This document shows, piece by piece, positions 1 to 12,144 of a stretch of DNA of 64,000 nt. Position 1 is the stretch's first letter, and each line of letters starts with the position of its first letter. Origin of the DNA: Phoronis australis (taxonomy: Eukaryota > Animalia > Phoronida); the NCBI GenBank assembly GCA_002633005.1, contig NMRA01000298.1, positions 6,603 through 70,602 of the forward strand. Direction: 5' to 3'. Both the position numbers and the translations under genes were made by a program. A model generated the notes under the pieces. The model saw nothing but the letters and a program-made list of their open reading frames with translations, searched no databases and was not told the origin of the DNA.

Positions 1-1000
1 AGCAATCTTGTTACGTTCGTGGCAGACGACCATCGTGTACATATCAATTTTTCACAGACGATCCCGAAGCAGTTCCGAAGTTCTGTTTTCCCACGACCAT
101 AAATGCTGAGTGCCCTCCACACGACTAAGCATCAATTTGAAATATGAAAGTAATTTAAACTCTGGTTTTGTAAAATAAGGTTGTTTATTACCGAAGAATC
201 ATGGGTAGGTGGCTACACTGTACTTACGTAGGCCTACTGTGAAACCTGGCAGTCGCCGAAAGGTGATTTCTCGTGACTAAACGTGCGATCAGACCTCGGA
301 AATCTCCGCCCAAAAACCGAGTATTTGTTGTATTTCAGCCAAGAGAAGCACATCCATTGGGGAAATTCGTCAGCTTGTGGTTTAAAATACACTGAGGATA
401 TTAGTAAAGAAACCGATGGGGCGTATTGTATCCCATGTCCAGCTATCCGAGATGCTACGGTTGCCTATTTCTTTGGGCACGTTGCTGACAAAATTGCAGC
501 AAGTGAGTTTTGACGGATTTGCTTGTAGCACTATTTGTTACAAATTATCTATGGAATGTAGTTGATGATTCATACAAGCACTGGGTTTTTTTCGAACGCG
601 ACACGTGCAATCTCATTGCAATGTGAAGCATCGCTAAGTGTTATTGGCATTGATGCCGGACTTTTTATTTTGATGACAGATGAAAACTTAATGAGTAAGA
701 TGGATTGTCAGTTCTTTAGATGCTCTCATGGTAGACGCGGATTTTGTGTCCAATGTGCAGTTTTATGTGTAATCATCTCATGCAATTGTCTTCTTTGGGA
801 AGACTTCGGGGTCTGCTATCAAAGCGACATTGAATGCTTTGCAATGGAAGGGAAATTTATATTAATCATTTTTCAACTCTTTCTTAATTGCAGAACGCCC
901 GATTTAAGCTACTGTACATTCGGGAGGACTCCTGAGGCCCTCGTCTAGACGTATGGGCGTCACGACGACTGTTCAACACAAAATATTACAGTCCACTTAC

Positions 1001-1202
1001 TTCCTCCGGTTCCATCATGGGTGTTGTCAACAACTACGGTGTTCCAGTGGGCGTAAATACCATTTATGGCGCCAGGGCTAGTGCAATCAAGGCCATCAAA
1101 GCGAATATCGTAGAGCAGTGCGCCATACCCGTACAAGCGAATGTTGGATTGAAACAGAACGCGAATGGCAGTGTCGGTTGCTCTCTTAAAATAGTAGAAC
1201 GT
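1001..1202 (-). CDS. Exon (phase 0-1): middle exon of second, divergent CTHRC1-type C-terminal domain
   Basis: Not in the ORF track. Minus strand: tattccag|ACG...GGA A|gtaagt. Encodes TFYYFKRATDTAIRVLFQSNIRLYGYGALLYDIRFDGLDCTSPGAINGIYAHWNTVVVDNTHDGTGG, which aligns to CTHRC1 [20 protein letters not shown]...FNGAECSGP. Its phase matches the 3555 donor. Confidence 0.88.
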
Positions 1203-3554
1203 CTGGAATATAGCGGGAGAATGTGTGAGGCAAGAAACGGAACAGGGTCACGGTAACCCCAAATTCTTAGCCAAGTTTTGGCTCCTTGAAAAATTTGGTG
1301 GACGAATTCACTAATGTGACAAACATTTCAATACAAATGGCAGTTCTACCAAAGTATAAAAATAGTAATGCAGTTTCACGGCTTGATTAAATACGCTTTA
1401 AAGCCCACCGTTTCGACTGCAAGAATAATTGCAGGCTGTGAGCTAAGCTGACAATCACTCGACTACATTCGAACCTTAAGATGTATGTTGCTTATGCTTG
1501 CTGTGGTTCGTGTGTTTAATCCATCAATGTTGTATTGGACCATTGGTACAGTATACCTTTATAACCGTGCTATTCTAAATAACTTTGTAAATAAACGCTA
1601 AGCAGGTTTCAATCTGGTGTGCGTGACATCCACTTTCGACTGGTGACCTATATGTACATGTACAGCAAGAACTCGGCCAGCCGGCCTAACCGAGTAAAAC
1701 TTCGCGCAAAATTGAACTTTATCAAGAAGTGCAAATTTTATCATGTTTTGGCACGGTTGTCCAGGATCGATATATTGAAGAGTGCACAGGTCTCTGAAAC
1801 ACATATCTCTGTTGATTGAGAAAATTTGATCATGAAAAAATTTACGCCGACTGAAAGGGCTACCTTGGTGAATTTTAAACAAGCAAAAATAGCATCAAAG
1901 CACATTACCGTTTGTAGTTTGGTTGAAATGACATATTATCCTAGCTATTTGATTTCTATAGTTCGATAGTTTCAGAATAAATCTCTTAAGAAGCAAAATC
2001 CTTGGTAACGTTTTTGAGCCAATCTCTCCTATAGCACTTGTCTAGAACCTAGAGCACCTCTTTGTCAATGGAAGGAAGACAGCAAAGCAATTTACAGGAA
2101 TACCAAAAATGTTACCCACTTTCTTGGTTTTAAAATAATTACTTTGATAAACCTAATCTTGTAAAATACCTGGGGAGGAAGATAATGACTCCTACTTTAG
2201 AGTGAAATGTCTGAAATGGATGATCTGAAGTTGAAGTGGCGTTAGTGACACAAGGATTGCGAGATATTCATGCGACCCTCGTTGCACTAACGCCAACATG
2301 ATGGTGATGAACCCCCATCGGCTCTTAATCTATTCACATGTGTTAACATCAACCAAGTGAATATCGAGTTGGAGAAATGTACAACACGATACATTCAGTA
2401 GGTGGTGTTCACAAAGAATAATGTCTCTGTTTAATATCGCAATAAATCGAGCGCAATTCTACTAGCAGGACCTTGTTAAACTATAGCCATCAAGCGAAGT
2501 TTGATGAGCAACCTATACACAAGCCTACGGTGTCATCAACCAACTTGAATGTGTAACTTGGCAGAGTAATCAGACCGATCCACGTGCGTTCCCCAAATGA
2601 ATGGACAGGCGACTAAAAAGTGTTCAAGCGTAATGTTCTCGAAATATACATGTATGGACTAGATTGCTTAAGGGCTGCTATTACATGTATGTAATTTCGA
2701 ATATGCCATAAATGGAATAAGCACAAGCTCATTTTTATTCCTGAGAATCACCTGTGGACGGTTTTGGAGTAAATTTAAAATGTCAAGGATTTTTGTATTA
2801 AATACTTTGCAAGGCCAACCATGTATTAATATTGTCGACAACAGGGCCAGTATTTATACTGTTCGTTAGCCCTCGGTAAAAATCACCATATTAAAGCAAA
2901 GTTACAACTGCAAAATGTTGCTATCGCCGATCACCCGGCATCGGGTGGCTAGCGAAGCTAAGGTCTGAAGGATAAAAAGTACTTGTCCAAACATCCCCAT
3001 AATTCACCTACTGTACTTTAGATATTTTTAGTGCTGTTACCGCCGTTTACTTGCTACACTGTGTTTCAAGAGCATGCCCACACCCAACCAGTAACACGGG
3101 ATGCTTGAATTTCCGACGATGTGGACCTTTTACCAACAAAAAATGCGGGAGGACTAAAAACGGGATACCAGGTTCGGAGCTGTGAATTGTGCGTTTATTC
3201 CTTTTAGTGGACTTTTGTCTCGTTATGTCGGACTTTTTGTTTCTCTGAGGCGGACCTTGTTGCCCGTTTCGAGCTCCTCGAGCCACCCCTGGATGCGCGC
3301 ATTAAGAGAGATATTCATTTCATTTTTCAGGTCCTTTAGAGCGCAATCCATAAACTTGTTTGTTCTAACCATTTTTACACCAAATTAGTGCGCACCCACT
3401 GCGTATGCACAACTCGAAACCTTGGACTCGTGTGTTGAAAAGGTTAGCTGCTAGATAAGTCGTCTGTTGACGTATTTGGACTGCTTTGCGTGAGCAGTCC
3501 CACACTTGAGACAGGCAGCTCAAGTGGCTGCTCTCCATTTCCGGTGTTCCTTAC

Positions 3555-3637
3555 GTAAAGAAGACCTTGGTCCGTATCGCTCTCACTAGTCCACGTGTAT
3601 TGCTTGATATTGAATCTGGATAGTTTCGGACAGGTTC
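3555..3637 (-). CDS. Exon (phase 1-0): linker and first exon of second CTHRC1-type domain
   Basis: tttttcacttcag|GA ACC TGT...CTT TAC|gtaagg. Encodes (G)TCPKLSRFNIKQYTWTSESDTDQGLLY, similar to CTHRC1 NYKQCSW...D.G.I. Phases fit both neighbouring exons. Confidence 0.85.
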
Positions 3638-4645
3638 CTGAAGTGAAAAAATCACACACGTCATTTGCTGAAGAATTAACTGTCTTTCCACGAGCATCAA
3701 AAGGTCGACTCTAGTGTCACCGACTCAGATCTTGAAAAAAAAATGCGTGTACATATATCCTGATGGGAAATGTTTTCAACGTGTTTATTTGAATTTTTGG
3801 GCTATTATTTTTGAGTTCGAGCATCGTGATTGTTTAGGACTAAAATATCCCATTTTCTTTTAAAAGGACTCTGTTTGCGAATTTGTTTTAGAACGGGTTA
3901 AACGAATGGAAAAGAAAAAAAATCTTTATTAGGTTTAGCTAGATATTACTCCTCTCTATCCGTTAACCTTTACTGGAGTGCCAGAACTCGACAAATCATG
4001 ATAAAAGCTCGCCTGGTCTCCAGTTACAGCAATACAGCTTTCAGAGTGCTGTTGTCTTTATAACCTAGAATGTAATCAAATCACCAACCCACTGTTATCA
4101 CTAGTAGTAGTAATAGTAACCATTGGAATTGGACACCCAGCTACAAGCCGTTCTAGTAACTGCCAGGATTACTATACTGTACATTCCATCAATTTATTTT
4201 AAGAAACATATGAAAACTTTTCCTTAGGAAATACAGAAAATATCCCAAAACAGGTTATGACATGAGATTGATTTTGCTACAATCAATATGATTTTACAAA
4301 ATAACCAGTTGATGTGAAGGTGGTGTATAAATACGGACGTTGTAGTACTTGTCAATAAATACCCTGGTGTTTTACTTCAAACTTTTTAAATTAGTTTTAT
4401 TCATACACTGTTGAACTTGATATTATTTTGGTAAAAGTGAATAAAACATTTTGACTGCTGTATAGTATGCAACGAACTATTTTCTTGTGCAATGGCATTT
4501 GTCTGTGTAAGTTGGTTAAGCAGACGTCACTATGTCACTCATATAAATTAATGCTATCATTAATGACATTTTATTACATTGTACAGTACAGAAAAACGTA
4601 TCTAGACCATCAAAGTTATTGTAAAACTTTCCTCAGGTAAGTTAC

Positions 4646-4813
4646 CTGGACAATTTCCCCATCTCTGGTCGCTGTCATAATTAGAGGTGGTCGCACACCA
4701 CAGTTGATCGTGATCCGCTTCAATGCACGCACTGTACGACAGGCCTTTGTAAACAAACGGGAACGTGCACGATGAACCACCCGCATTACCGTCATAAGTT
4801 GGCATGTTGGTTT
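4646..4813 (-). CDS. Exon (phase 1-1): fibronectin type II (FN2) domain
   Basis: tccacag|AA ACC...CCA G|gtaact, 168 nt. Encodes ETNMPTYDGNAGGSSCTFPFVYKGLSYSACIEADHDQLWCATTSNYDSDQRWGNCP, the canonical FN2 pattern (GN..G..C.FPF.Y.G..Y..C...WCATT.NYD.D..WG.C). Confidence 0.95.
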
Positions 4814-7800
4814 CTGTGGAAAGCATTGTCTCAATACAGTGCATGTATCTCAAATGCACGACCACGTATAAACCAGACAAAATGTGAAGGCCATGTCACG
4901 GATTTCCTTGAGAGCTGTGTGATGGTAGTGGTTAACGCCCCGTTACCTGCATATTCAATTTCATTCTTTTTTATCACCACCTTTTTTGCCATGGGAACAA
5001 GTTGCTTTTCTGCCAATTTCAAGACCTGTTACAGCCACATGTTGGGCTGGGACTTTTTGGAAACTTACCTTGAAAGCGAGAGGGCAAGATAAAAAATACA
5101 ACCATACCATTGAATTCATAAGTCTTTGGATTTTTTAGGTATGGAACTAAGTTGCGGAAACATCTTAGCTGTTTTTGAAAGCTATACATTTAGCTGTGAT
5201 TTTGAAATCGATGAAACTTATCCAAGCTCCTGCTTCTACACCTCAGCTGAAGCCTAACTTAAAATGGCCAAACAACATTCGGTATTTAGATTTATTTTAC
5301 ATGTAGCTTTACAAACACATAAAAAGTACAGGTAATTGCACTTCCATCTTTATATTCTATCGGGCTCTCGAAGTAGGTTTCATTTACATCACTGCAATCG
5401 CATGACTGGCCGATATCTCTATAGGAAGGTACATGTACATGTATGTGTGCAAGGTGATTCAAAAAAACCTTTGGCATCTTTATTATGGCACTTCAAAAGT
5501 AACGTATGAAATGCATATTCGAGAAGCATTCAAATAGTCTGGGTTGACAGAAAAGAAAGAGTGGCGTGACGAAGCGCAGCGTTTTTCTCCGTCTGAGACG
5601 ATAACGTGGCTTGGATTTGACTGTACTCAATTTTCTAAGAGCATTAAATGCAATTTTCTCAGTCAGATAAAATAGGAAAAAAGTTAATACAGGATTAGAA
5701 AGTTATCAAGTATAACTATCAATTGCCTTATTAATTATTTTCCTAGGAATGGAATTGCTCGTTTGTAGGCCTTGGCACCATAATACATTTTACATTAAAA
5801 CTTTACAATGATAAAATGTAACTTCTTTTCACTGTTCCTCATTAATTGACCTATTGCCAGGACTTTGAGTGACGGTTTAGTGGGCCATTTATAACTCATC
5901 ATTCTTGACACACCTTCGTTTCCAAGCTGCCATTTTACAGGACAAAACCCCCGTTGACGAGTATAAATTATTGTTTGTTAGCCGACATTAAGCAAGGGGG
6001 TGGAGCTTGTGATAGGAGGTCAATTTCAGCTTTGAAATAGTCTAAGTACACTGGTATCATTTGTCATATATGTCTGGAAATTTCTGTGCATATCACCAAT
6101 CACGGGGATTTGAAACATAAAATTAATCTCGTTTCCAGCTTAACTAGTATAACATAGTGCACAGAATCTCTCATCCTCGGTTAAGATGTCGTGTAAAAAT
6201 CTTAACAATTAGGATTTAAACGTGTCAAGCAACTGCATACTCGTATTAAATAGGAAGGTAGGGGAGAAATTGATTAAACTAATATTTCTTTTTCATTTTT
6301 TGCACAATCAGTTATTTTGGCCTGACGCATCTCAATTCTGTGTACAATCAGAAGAGCTGAGGGCGGCAGTACCGTCTAGCACTTCTTTGGACATTTCCAC
6401 TGGCATACCAAATTAAAACTTCTGTTTAGAATTTTAATACTATGTTTTCTTTTTTTTGGTCTCCATCTGCTTCCAAATTGAGCTTGATGTTCGCACAATG
6501 AATTCTGGGACCAAATTATGGTAGCCACAGGCGTCCTCAGCTTCTGATAGTCCACAATTCACTATAAATATAAGAAGGTAAAACACTCGGGACTAGAAAT
6601 TCAACGGCCGATTCACTTCAGCGGCCCATATCAAACACAAAACTCCATAAATTTACGCAAAATCGGGTTTCAACAAACCACGAACATTTGTTCCGTCTTC
6701 TATTATCATTTACGGCGTCCTGTTGCACCGAGTTCGCAACAAATTCGAAGTCAAAGCACAAAAATCTTCCTAAAAAGCAGATGCATACTATTTTCTCCAA
6801 CAGAAACTGCCGATTTGTCTCCGAAAGTCAAGGAATCGATAACTCCTCGGAAAAAACGCTAACAGGACTATTCACTTTGGCCGCCGCCATCATTGTGTTT
6901 GGACCGTGGCGACACCTGGTGGCTGTGTGTGCGCCGACAAAGTACGAGAGAAGTCAACTGACGGCTACTGTTAGTAAAAAAGCAACGGTACTTTTTGCAA
7001 TGCCCACGGCTGTGACAACAATTACTTGAAAATCCGTGACTTATATTTTTCGCTTCCTCAGGGATTAAGATAGAGGATGTCCACGATTTAAAGGAAGAAT
7101 GTTTTTGCCAATCAGCCTGGGTGATTGGATTTAAATGTATTTACTGTTCTCTGCATTTGATCGCTTGTGTAGCAAATTATATTAAATGATTTGTATGATT
7201 TTGGGAACCACTGAGTAGTTCATTCTAATACCCATTGATTCTTTTAATTACTTTCTTTCATTTCTTTTGACTTAATACATTAAGATTTAAAAAACATATT
7301 TATCATTATCATTTATTTACTAAATTTATTATTTGTATATCATTATATGTTTGTTTTTATCTATACTTTAATATTTATTTATTTCGATTTATTCACCATT
7401 AGTTATATATTCTTAGTTACTTTTTATTTATTTGCATTGACTTATTTAAATTATTTCTTGTTATCCGATGATACATTCAACATCATGGCTGCCATTGATC
7501 AATAATCAATATTAACTTCATATTGAAAATGACGTTCTCATTCAAGTCTCAAAAACAAAATACTGTAATGCTCTGTAACCTCCGACAACCCACAGAAGTT
7601 TGGAAAGGAATTTGAAAACTCTTTGCAAAGTTTTCTAAACGGGCAAGCTTGACTTACATGTACGCTATTAGTGAAGTGTTCGGCAACTTTGGTTAAAGAC
7701 CACCCATCAAGAAGCACAATATCCAATCTGTGCCATAGGGATGATTAGACCTCCTGCGTTTCTCTTTCCAGCTTGACGCTAATGACCGCGTAATCAAGAC

Positions 7801-7879
7801 AGTTGTTAGTATCATTTTAAACAACTTAGATAGAGGGAAACAGGACGCAGTATCTTTCAACAATGTTGATTTTCATTAA

Positions 7880-8103
7880 AAGTATGGTCTGGTAGACTTT
7901 ATACAGGACTTGCGCAGTCCCCTTGTGTGGTCCCATTGCAGTGATCACCTGGAGCCATGCTTATGCTTTATCAATATTTAGTTAAAACCGTGCCAAAGAA
8001 CTAGAGACCTCGCTCAATGATCTAACAGTGTGCCCCAGCTGGACTCGAACTCACGACTTTGAATAAAGGAAGCGGACCCCTATCCCACTAGGCCACACTG
8101 ACT
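7880..8103 (-). mobile_element. tRNA-derived SINE (copy 1)
   Basis: Minus-strand Pol III A box TGGCCTAGTGG (8085-8095) and B box GTTCGAGTCC (8041-8050). The body is homologous to the copy at 48578-48798. Confidence 0.75.
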
Positions 8104-8311
8104 TCTCTTTGATTTCCCTTGTTCTGCAGGATGTTTTAAAGACATGATTCCGGGATTCCCTGGTCTTAAGCATTCACATTTCATAACGGGACTTTTCACA
8201 CTTTGAGAAATTGCAGGAGAAAGCAACTAACGTTGGCAGCCACATAGCTCTGTATGCTATAAGGACATACCACATGACTGTTACGCGGCAACAAGGACAC
8301 CTGCCACTCAC

Positions 8312-8467
8312 CGAAAGATCGCCTCACATCATTTTCTTCTATAGTCATGGACAGACCGTTGCCGACCCAACCTGTGTAAGCATTCCCCAAACCATATGCA
8401 CTGCATGCACCGACATGGAACGAGACCACAATGTCGCCAGATTTTGGTAAATCACACATACCATCAA
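8312..8467 (-). CDS. Exon (phase 1-1): last exon of first CTHRC1-type domain
   Basis: caatttcag|TT GAT GGT...TTC G|gtgagt. Encodes VDGMCDLPKSGDIVVSFHVGACSAYGLGNAYTGWVGNGLSMTIEENDVRRSF, compared with CTHRC1 VEGLCE...VGTCSDYPKGDASTGW...IIIEE. There is no stop; it splices on to the FN2 exon. Confidence 0.92.
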
Positions 8468-8625
8468 CTGAAATTGTGAAAGCAGATTGATACGTGATGT
8501 AGATTGTAAAATACGTAAGGGTGGCTGGAATGGGATTGTTGTCTCACCGGCCAATCTGCTACAGCTCCCAACAACAATCGATCCAATATCATTTCAATAG
8601 CAGCACGTGTAAACATACAACTCAC

Positions 8626-8824
8626 CAATGGCAGGGCGAAAATCATCCCTTGCTTTCCCTTTGTACCAGATTATCTCAATCTTCCCTGGCGAGGAGCATT
8701 CTTGGTCGTTGAAAGTGAAGTACCAGCGATTGCAGCAACCACTGCAGTCGTACCCAGCACGAACTATACCTCGGAAACGCACCCTCAGTGAAGTGAAAGA
8801 GTATTGCTTTTTGAAAGTTTTTGT
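8626..8824 (-). CDS. Exon (phase 0-1): middle exon of first CTHRC1-type domain
   Basis: gtgtttcag|ACA AAA...ATT G|gtgagt. Encodes TKTFKKQYSFTSLRVRFRGIVRAGYDCSGCCNRWYFTFNDQECSSPGKIEIIWYKGKARDDFRPAI, with the CTHRC1 signature C..CC.RWYFTFN..EC. Confidence 0.94.
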
Positions 8825-8989
8825 CTGAAACACAGAGCAAGTAGGTGTTCTGAGGGGATCCAACAGCGTTAACCCCGGTTTAGCTACTTTCTGGAAGTTC
8901 CCAGGGGATATCCGACTATAGTTTGACAAAGAGTGCAGCTACAAAATTAGTATGCTCCTCCACTTAAAAAATGACCCACTTTTTGGGAG

Positions 8990-11150
8990 CTCCATCTCAA
9001 GGATGATGGGGTTTTATTATCGAAAGATCAATCTTTTGTTATCTACGTGTATTTCCGGACTACATCGAAATTCGGCGACACAGCCGAGACTAAATTGCCA
9101 ATTATGTTCTACTACAATCCATTTCAATTGTAGTGAAGCTTGGCAAAGCCGTAGGGAGCCATGGTATCTCCTGGAAATTCTTAAAATTGGCGATCCCAGC
9201 ATTCATTTTTGTTAGTTGCCTCGCACAATAAGATTTTTTATGCTGTGAACAACCGTCTTAATGGAATGAAGGTGTATTAGCACCTACTTTCAAATCTGGT
9301 GGTAAAGATGACCCGATTTTTAACCTGGAACAATGCTTTTGAAAGTGGCGGGAAAGATCTTCGCACGTGTGTTATGCAACAGGGTGAATACCTCGGCAAA
9401 GGAGTGGAGGGTTTTGGGTGAGGCGCAGGCGGGGTTTTGCAAAGGTACTCGACTACTGATGACTTGTCTATTCTTAATACTCTAGATTCAAAATACATTA
9501 GTAAACTCCGAAGGCGGTTTTAATGCCTTTTTTCGATTTCCAGAAGGCACCATGAGTGGAGAGAAGGATTGAATTATAGACTCATTCGTTTTTGTATCAA
9601 TGGTACAATGTATAAGGCATTGAAAATTGTGCATGGAAATGTGAAAACATGTGTCCCGATTGGTGAAACGGGATTTGAAACTCACATTTTTTTTCGCAAA
9701 TAAGGAGTTCGGCAGATTTGCCGCTGACATCTTTTTATTTTCTATGTTTTTGAATGACCTAGAAAACGACTTCAAAATGTCACTGGACCATGTTTCAGAG
9801 TAAGACATCTCAATTTGTATATGTTTGCTGATGATCTGCTTCTATTTGCTGAAACAGCTGTGGCTATGCAAAGTCTAATTGGAAAACTAAAAGATTACTG
9901 CAGCAGGTGGAAATTGCGCGTAAACATGTCTAAGACAAACACTTAGAAAGGGTTTTTAGAAATAGTGGATAATTCAAGATATTCGGTGAAAAAAATTGAC
10001 TTGGATTCTGAATACAACTATTTAGGCGTAACATTCTCTATCAAGTGTGTCTTCACAAGACAGAAAAAATCACATACTATAAAACATCAAAAGCAATATT
10101 TGTTTTGAAAAGTAACATGAAAAAATTGCCAACAAGCCGGTGTCATTATGGTGGAAATTATTTGACTCTAAAATTTTGCCAATTTTGTTACATGGCTCAG
10201 AAACATGGTGTTTCTAAGAAGCCATTTCCATAGCAACGGTTCATAGTAAGTTTACAACTTGGTCCGAATGTCTCAAATGCCGGTGCTAGATGTGAACATG
10301 GAAGAATAATTATAAAAGTATTGATGTTGAGCAGAGTAATTTAGTACTGCTTTAGAGTTATCATAGATGCACTAAAATATGTTGTGATGTACAGTGTGAA
10401 ATGGCTGAATTTAATAGACATTGTTGGGTATTAAATGTAAAGAAAATTCTGTTCTAATATTGTTTTGAAAACGTCTGGGTGAAGCAATGCGTAAAAGATA
10501 TGTATAATTTTATTAATGAATTTAAGCAACAATGTATTGACATTGTCATTTGACATGCAACACTGGGAAGATAAAATTTCCTCATTGTCGTTAGATGTGT
10601 ATAAACTTGTTAAAACTGATTTCTCGACGCAAGATTATATATGGCATTTTGATATTGTTTAAGATGCGCTTTAGCTACATGTAGGCTTAGATGTTGTAGC
10701 CATTGTCTTATGAGTGTTAAAGGGAGACACATGGGTGTTGCGCGTTAAAGAGAATGTGCCCGTGCTGCAGTATAAATTGCATTGAAACAGAACACCAATT
10801 TTGTTGGCCTGCCCATTATATGACGAAGTTAGAAACAAATCTATTAGTATTATATCAACAAGTATTGTCCTTTTCCAGAGATTCTTACAGTCAGAAGACG
10901 CGAGGACTTTCAAACATGTAGCCAAGTTTATCAAGCTGTACATGCAGAAACTCAAAGAAAACGATTTTTAAGTGATGTGCAAATGTAAACCTGCTGTCTT
11001 TGTTAATTTGTAATGTGCGCAGGTGCTTGTTTACTATGATAAACTCATAGACATACATGAACACACATACAAACACACACACATGCACGCAATACCTGAA
11101 ACTAAGCGTTCCTGCTCTCACATCAAATTTGACGATGAACAAATTTAGTT
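8990..11150 (+). mobile_element. Decayed non-LTR retrotransposon (RT region, RTE-X-like), antisense within an intron
   Basis: Broken frames give QAGF..YSTTD (~9425), FDFQKA (~9535), FSMFLNDLE, LYMFADDLLLFAETAVAMQSLIGKLKDYCSRWKLRVNMSKT (~9815-9935), YNYLGVTF and a C-terminal EH.F.LACPLY-like motif (~10790). The clade call is tentative and the ends are approximate. Confidence 0.85.
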
Positions 11151-11280
11151 CTTTGTTAAATAGAGACGAATGACATGAAGAACAGTTCCATCAATCAAAC
11201 TTGATTTTTTGACAGGAAGCACGCTTTCAGAATTGTGGCAATGAATGAGGTCACGTATTGGTAAACATCCAAACACTTAC

Positions 11281-11375
11281 CAATAAAGCTGAGCTGTCGT
11301 TATCAGAAGTGTAGTTTTTGTAGTAGTAATGTCTGATGTTAGCAACAGGAACTTCGTCACATTCTTTATATGGCG
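11281..11375 (-). CDS. Exon (phase 1-0): linker and first exon of first CTHRC1-type domain
   Basis: Not in the ORF track. aaacacag|CG CCA TAT...TTA TTG|gtaagt. Encodes PYKECDEVPVANIRHYYYKNYTSDNDSSALL, paralogous to NIKQYTWTSESDTDQGLLY at 3555-3637. Its phase 0 end matches the 8824 acceptor. Confidence 0.8.
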
Positions 11376-12035
11376 CTGTGTTTGAGGAGAAAACGTTAAT
11401 TTTGGACGTTGGTTTAGTTAATACTAATGACTTGGGAATATCAAGATAATTCTAAATGTAAGCATGTGATCAAATAGGTTTGATAACATTGATAAAAACT
11501 TGTCTTCTGGTATAGTAATGCCTAAGATACTTAACATCGCCTCCTGCTGTCCATTGAATTCTTCTACTTTAAGAAGAGGATGGTTCATAACAACGTTTCC
11601 TTTTATCCTAGAAAGGTCTGACACTTTGATGATTCGAAAGGCACATATACATGTACATCGGTCAATATCACACAACAGATCTTTGTACTGTTTCGAAAGG
11701 TGTGAGACCTAGTTAGCTCATGTGCTTCATTCATAGTGCATTGTCATATAGTGCGAAGAATGTAGATTTGCGCGGTCTTGCCATACTCGCATAAAACTAG
11801 CCTCACGCCCCGCAGTAATTAATAACAATGGTACAGTATAATGAACTAGTAGATACACGTACGTGCATATTCTCTGAGACTTTGGACATTGTTGATGAGA
11901 GCTCTCAAGTCCTTTTTTCAGAAATGCATGTAGTTGGTTGGAGTGAAAGTCAAACTTTGTGAAACACTCTCGCCAGGACATGAAAGTCATACTAGAGATT
12001 GCAGACTTCTTTATCCCGGCGAAAACCATGCTCAC

Positions 12036-12144
12036 CGTAGTATGTTTTGCAGAAATTACACACGTGAAAAGCCAGTTTTGCGGAGGGGGTTCTTTTCAAA
12101 TGTACCATACTTGTACCAGTGAGTTTTCTACGGTGGGTTTTCAG
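12036..12144 (-). CDS. Candidate linker exon (phase 0-1)
   Basis: cttacaacag|CTG AAA...TAC G|gtgagc. Only one frame is open (LKTHRRKLTGTSMVHLKRTPSAKLAFHVCNFCKTYY). Its phases would bridge the PAN exon to 11375. No recognisable homology. Confidence 0.35.

Noticed and set aside
570-700. Minus-strand SDASHCNEIARVAFEKNP as the missing last exon of CTHRC1 domain 2
   Set aside because: Superficially like DASTGWNSVSRIIIEELP, but it lacks the G.C and V..C cysteines and has no suitable phase-1 acceptor. The real exon is probably left of the window.
1017-1256. Plus-strand 79-aa ORF
   Set aside because: It is the antisense shadow of the CTHRC1-type exon at 1001-1202.
8030-8103. Functional tRNA gene
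   Set aside because: A and B boxes are present, but I see no convincing cloverleaf and the sequence continues into a body shared with another dispersed copy, so it is a SINE.
11727-12035. ORF with SWRECFTKFDFH resembling a truncated PAN domain
   Set aside because: The required cysteines are missing and the splice phases do not fit the gene model.
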